Assembly: GCA_964057225.1 (NCBI GenBank)
Contig: OZ059900.1
Location: forward strand, 12,648,001 to 12,712,000
Source: Auanema rhodensis
Lineage: Eukaryota > Animalia > Nematoda
Direction of reading: 5' to 3'
Length of the DNA: 64,000 nucleotides
Part shown: piece by piece, positions 51,964 through 64,000 of the stretch
How the letters are laid out: the number at the start of each line of letters is the position of its first letter
How positions within the stretch are numbered: the first letter of the stretch is position 1
Made by a program: the position numbers and the translations under genes
The notes under the pieces: generated by a model
Seen by the model: only the letters and a program-made list of their open reading frames with translations
Told to the model about the DNA's origin: nothing
The model's database searches: none

Positions 51964-53773
51964 TTACTGTTTGATACCAAATAAATCAAAAATTCTTTCT
52001 ATTTCCGTCATCGCAACATATAATAGTAGCAGAGAGAACCATCCCGATAAGCTAAGATCAATGAATTAACTATGAAGTCATAAACAAGAAACCTGTAAAA
52101 CTCCAATCAAAATGCAACCACCAATGACCCAATCAAGATAATTGTAAAATACATCATAAATAGCATCAGCACAGCCCTGAATTTCATTTATTGTACTAAC
52201 TATTAAAATTGGCATCTGAAATTTTTTTGTGATTGAATTTCACCTTGTTATTCAAAAATTCAGAATAAGACTCTAATGGTGCTTGATGAAAAGAGATGCC
52301 ACAATTGGTAGGGTATTGTAAAAGTCCATTTTCATTGCAGCACGATGTTGGGACACGGCCTATGTTATTGGATATACTGATATTTAAACTTATTTTCACA
52401 CCACTATCCTTTCCAACAATACGCCCACCTAAAGCACCAATGCCATGCTCAATGCGATTATCTTTTTCCGTGCCTAGTGCTTGGCTGTTTCTTTCCCATC
52501 CTGCCTCGAGCCAATCCTTGTATGAATGGACACCGCAACAATTCATCTAAGCAAAACAAACTGATATTTTCCTTCGCTAAAATAGTAACCTCATTCTGAA
52601 TCTTGTCGATTGCTGCTTTGTAGGCTGCATCGGAGGCATATCGTGATCTAATCGCATCAAACATGCTGTTTTCAACATAGCCTCTAAATTAAAGAAAAAT
52701 CACTATGATTGTTTTCTTCTAACCGTATTTGCTCTTGTTTAGCATTTGCCAAGACTGCAGCCGTTAGCTCTATCGAAAACGCCAGCAAAAGAACACAGAA
52801 GAACTGAAAAAAATATATCAACATTCCATTTGTTAATTCATATTTTCAATAATTTAAAATAGCGTAAATTAGACTCGTAAAATATGCCAGCTGTTTGGCT
52901 GGGTGGCATACTTATATTTTTAACTATATCACACGTAGTGTGCTCATATATCCCTATTCTCATTCTTAATTGAAAATTCTCTATCCCTTTTTCACATTTT
53001 GTTACATCTTGAACATGGATCTTTGTTTCTTTTCTCCACTTCGCATCCTTTAGTCTCCTAATCATGCAGATGATTCCCTCGCGTCATTCTTCTTCGTGCT
53101 TAGCTTATCCTCTCTCAAACTTGCTATTTGCTATCTCCTCGGGCCAACCAAGCTTCCTTTATTTCATTTTTACGAAGAATTCACTAAACCTCCGCCCACT
53201 CACAAAAGAAAAGGAAGCCTTAGTAATCCTTTTCTTCTAAATCGCAAAATATTTTTAATTAATTCGTAGCATAGTGAAATCTATAATCTTGAATAGTTTT
53301 CTCAATAATTTGAAATGGAAAACTTAAAAAAAACTTACAAGTAGTAGACAACATTTATTATTTCTCATGGCTCCGCAGTAGCCGCAAAATCCAGTAAATG
53401 TAAGGATTGCTCCAGCAGCAATTACAAGCCATGCAACAACACGGAAAGAACATGAAATAAAAAGATATAATAATTGATAACTTTAATATGAGTAAAATTG
53501 ATTTTGTATGATTATGGGATAATTACTTTGATGAGCAGCATATAGAGAGAATAGATCAGTTGCTGAAGGACTAAAAATAATCAAAACTCCAAGGGCAAGA
53601 AGGAATACTCCAGCAATCTGTCAAAGTATTGAATTTTACCAGTTGAAGTACAAATAGAGTAGATCACAATAAAATTCTGATTATTATTTCAAATACTCAG
53701 TATTTTTTTAACTCACCCATAATACTATGTTGTATAACACAGCTAAGTTTTTCAATGCTGAACAGTTGACCAT
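51964..53773 (-). CDS. tsp-8: Tetraspanin, TSP-8-like
   Basis: Four TM segments, GFCGYCGA, CCG motif (MNCCGVHSYKDW), RIEHGIGALGG, GRVPTSCC, GCADAIY. One intron needs a non-AG acceptor (see findings). The symbol is from recollection. Confidence 0.8.
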
Positions 53774-54165
53774 TGTCTGCTGGGCAATCGCTCTCTAACT
53801 GTTGCTTGAATGAAGGTTTGGGAAGCCATGCTGTGATATGGGTGGAGTCACAAGAGATATTCTTAGATTTATATACTAAGAACGAAACAAGTGTCCCCAG
53901 CTGTTAAGCAAAACCTTGCTTACACTTATCTATGAGATATATGAAGTTCCTTTAAAAATATATTTTTCAAAAGCAATTTATTGTACAGAGCCGGTCAAAG
54001 GATAGAAAAAACAAAAAGCAAGCATTTATTCAATTTTCAACTCAAAATCTAATAATAATTTAAGATTCCACTACAAAATACATAGACAGCATTCTTTCAA
54101 ACAATTTTCAATTCAAGAAGGTCTACACTAATAAACTACATATATTTGTGTAACTATAAATGAGC

Positions 54166-55490
54166 TCATTTATCGAAACCAAAGATTCTTTCAGCGACTC
54201 CAATGTAATACACAGTTTGCGCGATTCCGAATAAAGGAGCCATGACAAGCATACGGCAAGCAGCTCCTTTGAATAATGCTTTTGGCCCTTCCTGCCGAAT
54301 AATTTTACTGAAACAATAATTTTAATAAAAAGCATCCTTGTAAAAATTGCTCACAGAAAAGCATCACCAATATTTTTGTAACGAACACCAGTGTCACTTT
54401 TATTTCCTGCCTGGATACGTGTTTTGATAACTGAATTTATGACGTTAGTGAGAAATTCAAACAACTCTAATGGATACCATCAAGCGGGGTTACAGCAAGA
54501 GAAGATAACGCTCCAGAAGTTAATCCAGCGAAAAAGGAACAATAGAAAACAGCACCCCCACTACCATCTGATTTCCGTGGTCCTAGTGAATCCAAATAAG
54601 CAAAAAGAGGAAAGTACATAACAGAGAAGGTTACATCACGAGCAAAAGTAGGACCTAACCCTCTGAAACAAGAATTCGGAAAGCTTTAAAATCAGAAGTC
54701 AAACTTGTAAAGACCGCGAATACCATATTCACGTAAAAGGTTTCCTATGAGTGTAGTAGCTTTTAGCTTAGGCTGACCTATTATCAAATATGGTGACTTA
54801 TACAATCTACTGCATGAAATTACCAGAAGTTGCCCCCTGAGATTGCATTTTGATTTTTATAAGCTCCATGGGTGTTGTAACGATAATTTGAAACATTCCA
54901 GCAAGACCACCGGCTATCATTCCACGTCCCGCAGATAACTGTCTGATAAATTTTTTTCTGAATTAGATTGTTCCAAAGACAACTTACTTCTGATCTGGAG
55001 TAGACAACTTGTGCCTAAAATAATCGTTTGCAACAAGTTTAATTGCCTTTTCAGGAGTAATCAATATGATGTTGATAGCTGAACCAGAATAGACAGCCCG
55101 AAACTGTAAGAAGCCAAAGGTTAAGTGAATGCTGTTTTCAAAACCTTTGATAACAGAGATGAGCCTCCTGATCTCCAAGTTTGCTTTGCACAATCAACTC
55201 TGTAATTTTGAAATATTAACAAAAGCAATTTAATACAATTACGGACATTCCAGTGTATTGAGCTTTGCCATCTGGAGAGATACGTTGATTTTGGAGCCGT
55301 GTCTTAACCAAATCAATGGGAAATACACAACTTACCCCCACGATTCCAGCAATACCACCATTGATGATTTTTGGTGTGTAGCTTAAAATTAGTTAAGCAA
55401 ATATTTTAAAGAGCACACAGTCGAACAAAAAAAAACAAAACAAACGAATTTCAAAGTAACTTACGAAAATGAAGCCTGCTTCTTAGTCAT
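54166..55490 (-). CDS. Mitochondrial carrier, glutamate carrier type (SLC25A18/22)
   Basis: [99 protein letters not shown]. Confidence 0.92.
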
Positions 55491-55761
55491 TTCCTAAAAA
55501 GGAAAAACTTAGATTAACTCCATATTTTGTTTTTCATCAAAATATATCAGATGTAACAACATGAGAAATTAACCAAAAAAACCAGCTATTGTATTTTCAC
55601 ACAAACAAATAAAAAGAAAAGAAAATAATGCTAGATAAACACAAAATTGATACTGTTGTAATAAATATATGCTTTGAAACATTAAAAGTTATATTATAAC
55701 ATAAAATAATTAAGATTTATACATCTGTCATAAGTTAGGTAATTCAGCAATCTGTTGTATC

Positions 55762-57766
55762 TTATAGTACAAGTGTGGACAAATCTGATTTACAATCAAT
55801 TTGCTTTTGTTGTTCAGGAAAAACTAATGTGTGATCATCTACAACATTGCTGAACATGCTTGTCACACGTGTAGCTTTGTTAATAAGACCATTAAAGATA
55901 TCGCTGCAAGCATAAATACCACCTACAATAGAACACAGGCTGATGAACAAAGCAAATAATGATCTGAAAGTTTTTTTTCAATTTAGTAGAAATTTTTTGA
56001 TTATTTTAATCGTGCAACTTGAAATAAATTCAAGGCTTCTCTAAATTAATCACTTACTTTTTAGCTTTGTTAATTTCTATTACTGTAGATGCAAAGTCAA
56101 ATTCAAAAAGAATGCCTGTTGGTTGGTTCCACTGAGAACTATTTCGAGTCTACAGAAAAAACGATATTAATACATTGGTTGGGTAAGAATCGACTAACTA
56201 TAAAAGTTAAAGAATACTGGTAAAAAAGTTTCGGACTTGAAAAAATGCCGGTATGAAGCTTAGTTGGTACAATTTTCAGATAATATCGATAAGTACCATC
56301 ACCTGTATAAGAATATCAAATTTATTTTAATAGAAGGTTTTAAAAAAATAGAAAGATTTGTCAAATAAATCTTATTTACATGTGTATACATATATAACAT
56401 ACCCGAAGGACTTATTTGTTCAACTCCAGCTAAAGGTGTAACTAGTCCTGGAATGTGCTGTCCAAAATGAAATTTTTCTATCCTATGTGATATATTTGAA
56501 TCTTAAAAAAGCGAAAAGGATGTAAATATATAAACACTACATAGTAATAGATGTCTCACTTCTTGCATGATCAAATCCAGGTAATAAAGTTAAACTTAAT
56601 GATTCCTCTCGTCCCTTTTGAACTTTTAAGTTTCCATGTATTCGACAGGCCGTACCTAAAAGCAATTTTCATTACATGGATAATTGGAAAAAATAAGAAA
56701 ACCTTCATCCTCGCTCACTTGTGACACAATTTGGAACACACCAAATCCATTTCCCAGCAAGACAACCTAAATTATAATAATCGCAAGAAACAATTTCTAA
56801 AGTTTATACCATAGTGTCAGAATTGCTGCTATGAGACTTGCCTTTCTCTTTTTTCAAACGTTCAACATTTGCTGTACCTTCTTTTTGATTCAAATCTGCT
56901 TGCCGTTCCAGTTGATCTTCAACATCACCATCAATATATACGAGCTGAAACAGGAAAATTGTAACTTTTTGTTTCAAAACCTGATAATCTGATAAAATTT
57001 GATAAGATGGTTAACTTAAGCAAGCAATATACATATTATATTTCTTATCAATGAATTGTTGGAAAATTTACAAGATTAAATAGAAAGTATTAACAACTAA
57101 GTATATAATTACAGTAAAATGTGTTATAATATATTTTTGTTTTGTACAAATTAAAATTAATTACTTAGCAAACTCACATCTTCCAATCCTCTTTTGCCTT
57201 TATCCATGATGCTAGCATGTGCATGGCGTAAAACAGTCCAATATAAATTTTCTTCGTCAGTGAATTCGAATCTTTATTGATTTTTTTAATATAATGGAAG
57301 CGTTTGATTATTACCTGGAAGTATCTTTTCTTAAAGAGTCTTCTTGCTGCTCAGTAGCATACAATGAACTTTTTAGTCTTATCATACTACAAGGAGAGGC
57401 AATCATCATATCAATAGACAATGATGGCTCACTAAAAAATAATATTTTAGCTTGATTTTTCATGATTCACTCACATTTCCATATCAGTGTCCACTTTGAA
57501 ATTATAATTGAAAGTGTTTTTAGTAAAAAAATAGTCCCAAATTTCTGCTGTTACAAGCAGAGATATGATTATAAAGCATAATAAAGAAACTTCAATTATT
57601 TTAGTCATTTAGATATTCAATTTGTTAACTGACTTATTCCTGAAACTGTTTTCTGCTCTTCTTTGGTATTTTCTTGAACTTTTAGAAAAAAATCTAAATT
57701 TTCCACACCCTTGACCAGTTTGATGTTTTTTCTTAACCGCAAGTTGGGTCCATTCCCCTCCATCAT
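55762..57766 (-). CDS. ER-Golgi intermediate compartment protein (ERGIC2/Erv41-like)
   Basis: NLDFFLKV...GIISLLCF, IDMMIASPC, ACRIHGNLKV, NISHRIEKFHFG...PGLVTPLAG, YRYYLKIVPT, LCSIVGGIYA. Confidence 0.85.
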
Positions 57767-58595
57767 GAAACCTTTAATATTAGTGTAAAAAAATCAATAA
57801 TTTGTATACAATAATCAAAATAAACGTTGAAGGATTGAACTAAAGAAAATCTGGATGTAAGACAACTTAAGGAATATTATGAATAGAAATTATGCTGATA
57901 TTATTGAGATATTGGAATAAAATATCAAATGTTAGTTACCCTAACGCAACAATAAAATAAACACGATATTAAATTAGTTCAATTTTGGAACCTAACGTAA
58001 CTTTGCGTAACGTAATTGTTTTTAGATCAAGCAAATATAACGTAACTATGCCACTGAAGGAGATAGAGCACAAGATAAATAAATAAACATACGCATTATG
58101 TAGAGTAGTGAATAGTATGATATATCGATAGATGCTATTAATAAGAACAATGAGAAATAAATATATAGGTCAAATTTGGCGCTATTCTGTATGACCTCGA
58201 CGAGCATATTAATGCGACTTATAGGTAAACACATATACATCGAAAAGCCTCGCGTATCAAGACGCTGGAACATTTAAGTGATCTAGTTTGTTTACGATGC
58301 TGAATGAATCTAATACAACAATCAATAAAACCATGGAATCGATAGGGTATGTTTGAAAAAAACTTTATTATCTAATCGTGCTTGTCATAAACATCTGTGA
58401 TTCATCAAATGCATATTCTTATGGACATCTTTTGAATATTACAAAATTTTCATAACAACGTCTTGAGCTGTATTGATTGAACGGTTATGTTCGAAAAATA
58501 TTCAGTTTTTAGTTTTTAAATATCATTTATGAATTTATTTTTATTAAAATTTAAGGCGTAGTTTAGAAAATTTTTTTATTTGTTCTAGCTCACAC

Positions 58596-59766
58596 ATGAA
58601 AACAAATATCACGAGAAAAGGCGGAGGGTGTATACGATACTTGTTGTTGTTTTATTCGATATTGTTTTGGGTAATGTTAAGTTTTTCTATATTTTTTGTA
58701 CGTAATATTATTTCAGTTAACTAGCTTAGGTATATTAACTGTTGGGCTACTAGTTGTTCTTGATCCAAAGCGTAGCTATATACTCGATCTCGTTGATTTT
58801 TCAGAAAACTTTCCACTTTTGGTGAGAACATTGTGTTTTTTATATTTTTTAAATATTATCATTTTCGCGTGCGTCAGCATATACTGCTATCGGCACAGGA
58901 TTTTTTTCTTTTCTACTAGGGTTTGTGGGATGTTGTGGAGCATTGAATCGAATGAGATGCTTGCTTATTGGGGTAATATTTTTTCTTATAACTTTTAAAA
59001 TTGATGTAAACTGAATGAGAAAGCTTGTATTTAGTTTATCTGCGGTTTAGTAGCAATATTTATTGCTCAAATTGCATCAGGAACATTAGCTGTATTCTAT
59101 AGATCGTCCGTGAGTTATATATAGATATACTTATACTTTAAAAACATTTACTTTTTTACAGTTCTCAGAGATCAGAATGGAAACATACCTATCAAATATG
59201 ACAAAAGAAAAATACGGTAGAGATAAATGGGTTAAGCCATTAGTGGATAACATTCAATTTTTCGTAACTTTTTCAAGTGAAATTTTTTCAAATGTTTTGT
59301 TTTGTAGAATAAATGTTGTGGCGGAAAAAGCCCATCAGACTATGAGAATTCGTTTTGGTTCATCACGAACAATGATCGAGGAACTAGGTCATATGTTCCA
59401 TCTTCTTGTTGTCGACAAAGTTTAACAGCTCGTCATTATAATATTAAACCAATCGATTCCTTGTGCTCAATTTATTACTATAATCATCCTGCTTTCAATG
59501 CTTCAGTTAATAATCAGGTATAATTATAGAAAATTAATTTATTCCGTTTTTCTCTCACAGTCATGTGCAAAACCAGTGCTAAACAAATTACATGAACAAT
59601 CAAATCTTCTTATTATTATGAGTTTCGTTGCTGCAGGTGTAACGGTATTTCATTTAAATTCATTCAATCGATTTTTTCACAATCAATTTTTTAGATGGTT
59701 GGAATTTTGTGCTCATTAATATTAATTGATAAAGTAGTTTATTACACCTACCTAGAAGAGAGATAG
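58596..59766 (+). CDS. Tetraspanin (second copy)
   Basis: LGFVGCCGA, NKCCGGKSPSDY, YVPSSCCRQ and four TM segments. One intron needs a non-AG acceptor (see findings). Confidence 0.85.
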
Positions 59767-60484
59767 AATTAAAATTATGTAGTTATCTTACCAAGATTAG
59801 TATAACTTTATACGAATTGTTTGACTCACTGGTATATTAAAACTGTAATAAATCGTTTCAATAGAGCTTTTGTTGAATCAGAAAACGTTTTGAAAAATTT
59901 GATGAAAAAAAAGAATGAAAAAACTTAATCGTTAACATTATGTTTTCGAATGTTCTCAAAAAATATATAATTTATATCTTACGGACAAAGTCGTAACTAA
60001 TTATTCTAATTCTTGTTAGTTTTTTATATCTTATTATTTAAATAATGATTTTGATAAGAAACAAATTGAGTTGACATTGAGTGTTGAAATGTATTCATTT
60101 CTTTTATTGATCTCACATAAGCGATATGAGCAAACACCATTTTTATTTAATTTATCAAATATTGTGTTTTGATAATTGATTAATGGCTGTAATTTGTGAA
60201 TTCAACAGAATTACACATAGCAAAATGAAAACAAAGTAATATGAGAATGATTATACATTTTCTGAGCTATTTTGATTTTTTTCTTTTAAAAAAAGTGATT
60301 TTCTAAATTAAGATTTTCTAAAAAGCGCTCCATTGAGATTAAAGGCCGGCGTATTTCAGTGAGAGGGGAACATGCGCAAAAGGTCATGGCGCTTTTTTTC
60401 GTTTTTCTCTTTTATGATATTCATAATTATTATGTAATTATTTATAATTGAATACCTTGTTTAATGATTAATTTTAAAGTTTGT

Positions 60485-60888
60485 ATGCCGGCTAATGACG
60501 AAAATATTCCATTAGAGGAAGAGAGAGATTGGTCTGCATATGTGAAGTTAATTGTACAATCACAAGTAAGAATAAAAAGTTATTTAAATAAAAAGTAACA
60601 TTAGGATGGCTCAGTGTTGCGATACCGTATCAAGTGGAATGCTCCCCTAAGAAGGTTGAAACGTGATTATTCCAATAGAAAAGGAATCGTTTACGAGACT
60701 TTGGGGTTGGGTCGTTTCTCAAACTGATTCGTTTATCGTTATTATAGTTTTTGGTTCTTATCTGTTGCTATTGGAGATGAAGACACGGCTCAAGATTTGG
60801 GGTTAGATGATGAAGACATAATCGAGGTTCTTTGCTTATTTGTTGCATTGAAAACAATATTGTTTCTTTTAAGGTTTATCGATCATAG
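60485..60888 (+). CDS. 91-aa SUMO-like protein lacking the C-terminal Gly-Gly
   Basis: Four exons give MPANDENIPLEEERDWSAYVKLIVQSQDGSVLRYRIKWNAPLRRLKRDYSNRKGIVYETLGFWFLSVAIGDEDTAQDLGLDDEDIIEVYRS*. This is colinear with the SUMO beta-grasp core (IKLKV..QD....F..K....L..L...Y..R.G.....LRF.F....I...DT...L.MED.D.IEVY). Confidence 0.8.
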
Positions 60889-61471
60889 TTGACAATGTTT
60901 AGGGAAGAAAATAAGAGAAACTACTATATATATTGAATATTAGAAACTAATCAGTTTTCCGTTGTTTTTATTATCAAATTTGAACACAATAATGTGATCT
61001 AAACCATATACAATGTGCCATCCACTTTTATTATACAATGATAACTACTAATTTGTCTGTTTGAAGGCTGCATGCTCAGCAAAAGCTTTCCAATTTTGAG
61101 AATCAGTTCCTTTTGAAATATCAATTGAATATTCTTCATAATGTACATTCCTTTTTTTTTATTAATCTATTAATTGGCGTTTCATTTGAAATATAATATT
61201 TTCTCATGTCGAATGTTTATCTCTTGACTATCATCCTTACCTTGTATAAAATTTAGTGATGCTATGTGATAATGAAATTTGATAACATTTTATCAGTTAA
61301 TAAAGTTTACAATTATTTAACATTATAAAAATGTTATAAAGTGGCAATCAGAAGAATGGTTTAAATTAGAATTTAATTTTGTGAACAAATGTACACCTTT
61401 TTCAATACGAATTTGTAAAACAATTCTTGTGTAACCATCATTTTTGCTTAGTTAAATATTTTTTTAAGATT

Positions 61472-63522
61472 ATGAAACTATTCTGGTTTATTGTTCCGTT
61501 AATATGTCTTGCTAATGCACATGTTTCTATAAAAGAAGGTACTACATGAGTTTTTTCAAATATAGCCTAATCAATATAACTTCATTTTCCTGACTTAAAA
61601 ACGTCAACCGTATTGCAGGCTCAATACAACAATTAGCATCGTCATTTCAAGGAAGAAATGTAAATCTTGCGGGATCTGCCAGTACTTCCATGGCTATGGG
61701 TACTGAATTTGTGTATTCTTATTTGAGCAATCATGTGGATGAGACTAGCAACGAAAATTTGTGGTTAACAATCACCAATCCAACTAATCAAACTGCTATA
61801 GTAACAATCACTTCGCAGTTTGAAGGATTCAATACTATTTCAAAGACTGTAAAACCATACATGTCAATACCTGTGAGTTTCTCGAACAATTCTTTCTTGC
61901 ATATTCTTGCCATTATCAATTATAATTTTAACTAAGGCTCGAATTTTTCCAACTAATATTCAAACTGATTATGATGGCATATTGAATAGCAATTTCAGCA
62001 TTGGTTAGCCATTGTTTCATTAACAAATTTAAAAATTCAAAATATTACAGATAATCGTTCAATATTTGTTAAGTCTACTGTACCAATCAAATTGATTGCA
62101 ACCAATCAAGTAGTTAATGATTTTTCTGAGGACAAGTTTAGCATTCTTCCTGTAAGTTCGATATACTTTGCAAGTTATTAGATAAAGCCTTATCATGTTT
62201 TTATTAAATTATAACACTGCAGATATGTGAACTGGGAACTAGTTACATTGTTGTTGCAGATGAATCTTCAAACTATAAAATGACGCCCCAAAACATTTTC
62301 AGCGTTATTGCTACTGAAGATAACACTAATGTACCGGAATAGATCAAATTCATGAACAGAAATAAACAATTTCAGTTGACCATAACTGGTATCACATCTG
62401 TTCCTCAAATTCTCAACAAAGGTCAAGTATTCACCTATTCTTCCATTCGGGCTCTTAGCGGATTCACCATTGTTGCAACAAAGAAGGTCGCTGTCATCAC
62501 CGGAAGCGTTTGTGGTTATGGTATTTCGAATAAGGTTATATGTAGTCATCAGGTACTTTGAAAGCTAATCATAGCTAATAAGTATTTTACCGGTGTAGGC
62601 TACGATGGTATATCCACTCGCTGATTGGGCCCTGAACTATCCGCATTACAAATTTAATTACGAAACGAATAGTGAAGTGTTAGTCTTTATTCAGGTTTGG
62701 TTTGCCTCATATAGTCATAGATACTTGAATACTTCTCAGCAAAACGACACTACTATTACAATAAATGGAGAACAGGTCAATAAAGTTTATTCATCTGATG
62801 AATATATTACTCTACAAAGTTCGTCAGGAATTTTTGTTACTGGTGATAAGCCCATTTATGCAGTTGTTGTACGTTTGTTAAAATACTGCTGTTGAATCGT
62901 TCATATCTTAATTTGGCTAATTTTGTAGGTCGGAACAGTCAATTCAAATGATTATGGTGCTCCATTTTTAGCCAATTTGGTCAGTTCTTCTCAGTTCACG
63001 TCTAATCCCATCATATTTGCGTGAGTTTCTATCTTTAATTTAGTGTTAAAATTGATATATAAACGTTAAGAATAGGAATGAACAGTGATGAAGGTCTTAA
63101 CTTGAAGCATTTTGCTCGCATAGTTACAAAGATTAATTCTATTGGAAATATTGCAATTGACAGCTATATACCTAATGGCTTGTTGTATCGGCGGTTTGTT
63201 TTTAATAATAATATTGCATAATGGTATATTTGTCAGTATGGGAAAAAGCGATTATTATTTCATTGATGTACCTATTGTATCTGGCCAGCATAAGATTGCT
63301 GGAGTGCACGGCTCTGAAACATATGGGTGAGTATCTTCCTCTCATTACAACTAAAGACATTACGAATAGAAACTAATAGAGCGAACATTATAGATCTATT
63401 GTATATGCCTACGGAGATCGCAGATCGTATGCATTCAATCCGGGACTCAACTTAATCTGTTAGTTTCTAGCTTTGTTTATAAAAAATTATTTATTTATAT
63501 TTTAGCTGAAGGAAACTGCTGA
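61472..63522 (+). CDS. Secreted IgGFc-binding-protein N-terminal-domain protein
   Basis: Signal peptide, then GTEFVYSYLSN, SIFVKSTVPIKL, EDKFSILPICELGTSYIV, FSVIATEDNT, ATKKVAVITGSVC, VYPLADW, DKPIYAV, SIVYAYG..SYAFNPG. The last exon is uncertain. Confidence 0.75.
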
Positions 63523-64000
63523 AAATAAAAAGCAAAATGATGAAACCGATATTTTATATTTTGTGTCTAGACTCCCTGATATAAATAGAAAGTTGTTATC
63601 ACTTGAATAAATTATTTTTTAAAGCTATGATTATATATAATTTATATTAAGATGAATTAGCGATAAATGACAGACATTCACATCAAACAAGCAATCGTTA
63701 ATGCTGTCAATCAGATTTTGAGAAGCAATGAAGAAGCTAAGGCTTTATTTGACAAAGGTATTATCAGGTTTGTATTACACAGACTTGTTTCACTCACTAT
63801 TTAATAAAACAAGTTGAGCAAGACAAACATTCGCGTATTAGATAGTAATTATATCATCAATTTTTTTTCTGTTTTAGAACCTATGCGTTACTTTTATCTT
63901 TGCCTACCTAACATATAACAATTTTATCAAACTTTATATTTTTCTGAGCAAAACAAAAATTTGACAAATTTATGAATATACTTGATGAAGGTAATATATT

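Noticed and set aside
63667-64000. Possible first exon MTDIHIKQAIVNAVNQILRSNEEAKALFDKGII
   Set aside because: I could not join it in frame to the next segment and the window ends, so no product can be supported.

Overview
AT-rich (~30% GC) nematode genomic DNA, probably from a compact rhabditid-type genome, with TTTCAG-type acceptors and mostly 40-55-nt introns. The six-frame ORF track mostly shows exon fragments, so I spliced the genes by hand. Bases 1-12045 are the end of a young tandem array built from two unit types: long (1156/1157 bp) and short (813 bp). Only the long unit carries a 350-bp cassette holding a 78-nt hairpin with a T9 tract and a 59-aa minus-strand ORF. The rest holds about 15 spliced genes: a DH-PH RhoGEF ending in CAAX, an SLC17-type MFS transporter, a giant WDR82/Swd2-like gene, npr-11, a Ly6/LU-like protein, two KCTD/BTB genes, dop-4, a PAN/apple protein, two tetraspanins, a mitochondrial glutamate carrier, an ERGIC protein, a SUMO-like gene and an IgGFc-binding-domain protein. 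The most unusual feature is the WDR82/Swd2 propeller, which does not stop at its normal end and can be spliced in frame through ~51 introns into a ~3,500-aa basic disordered protein with a repeated (K/R)xLT(T/V)D(E/Q)Y-like motif and several RVxF-like sites. Other unusual features are a SUMO paralogue with no di-glycine, non-AG 3' splice sites at the same intron position in both tetraspanins, and a candidate structured Pol III RNA amplified in the array. Orthology calls rest on my recollection of C. elegans and human sequences and were not searched.
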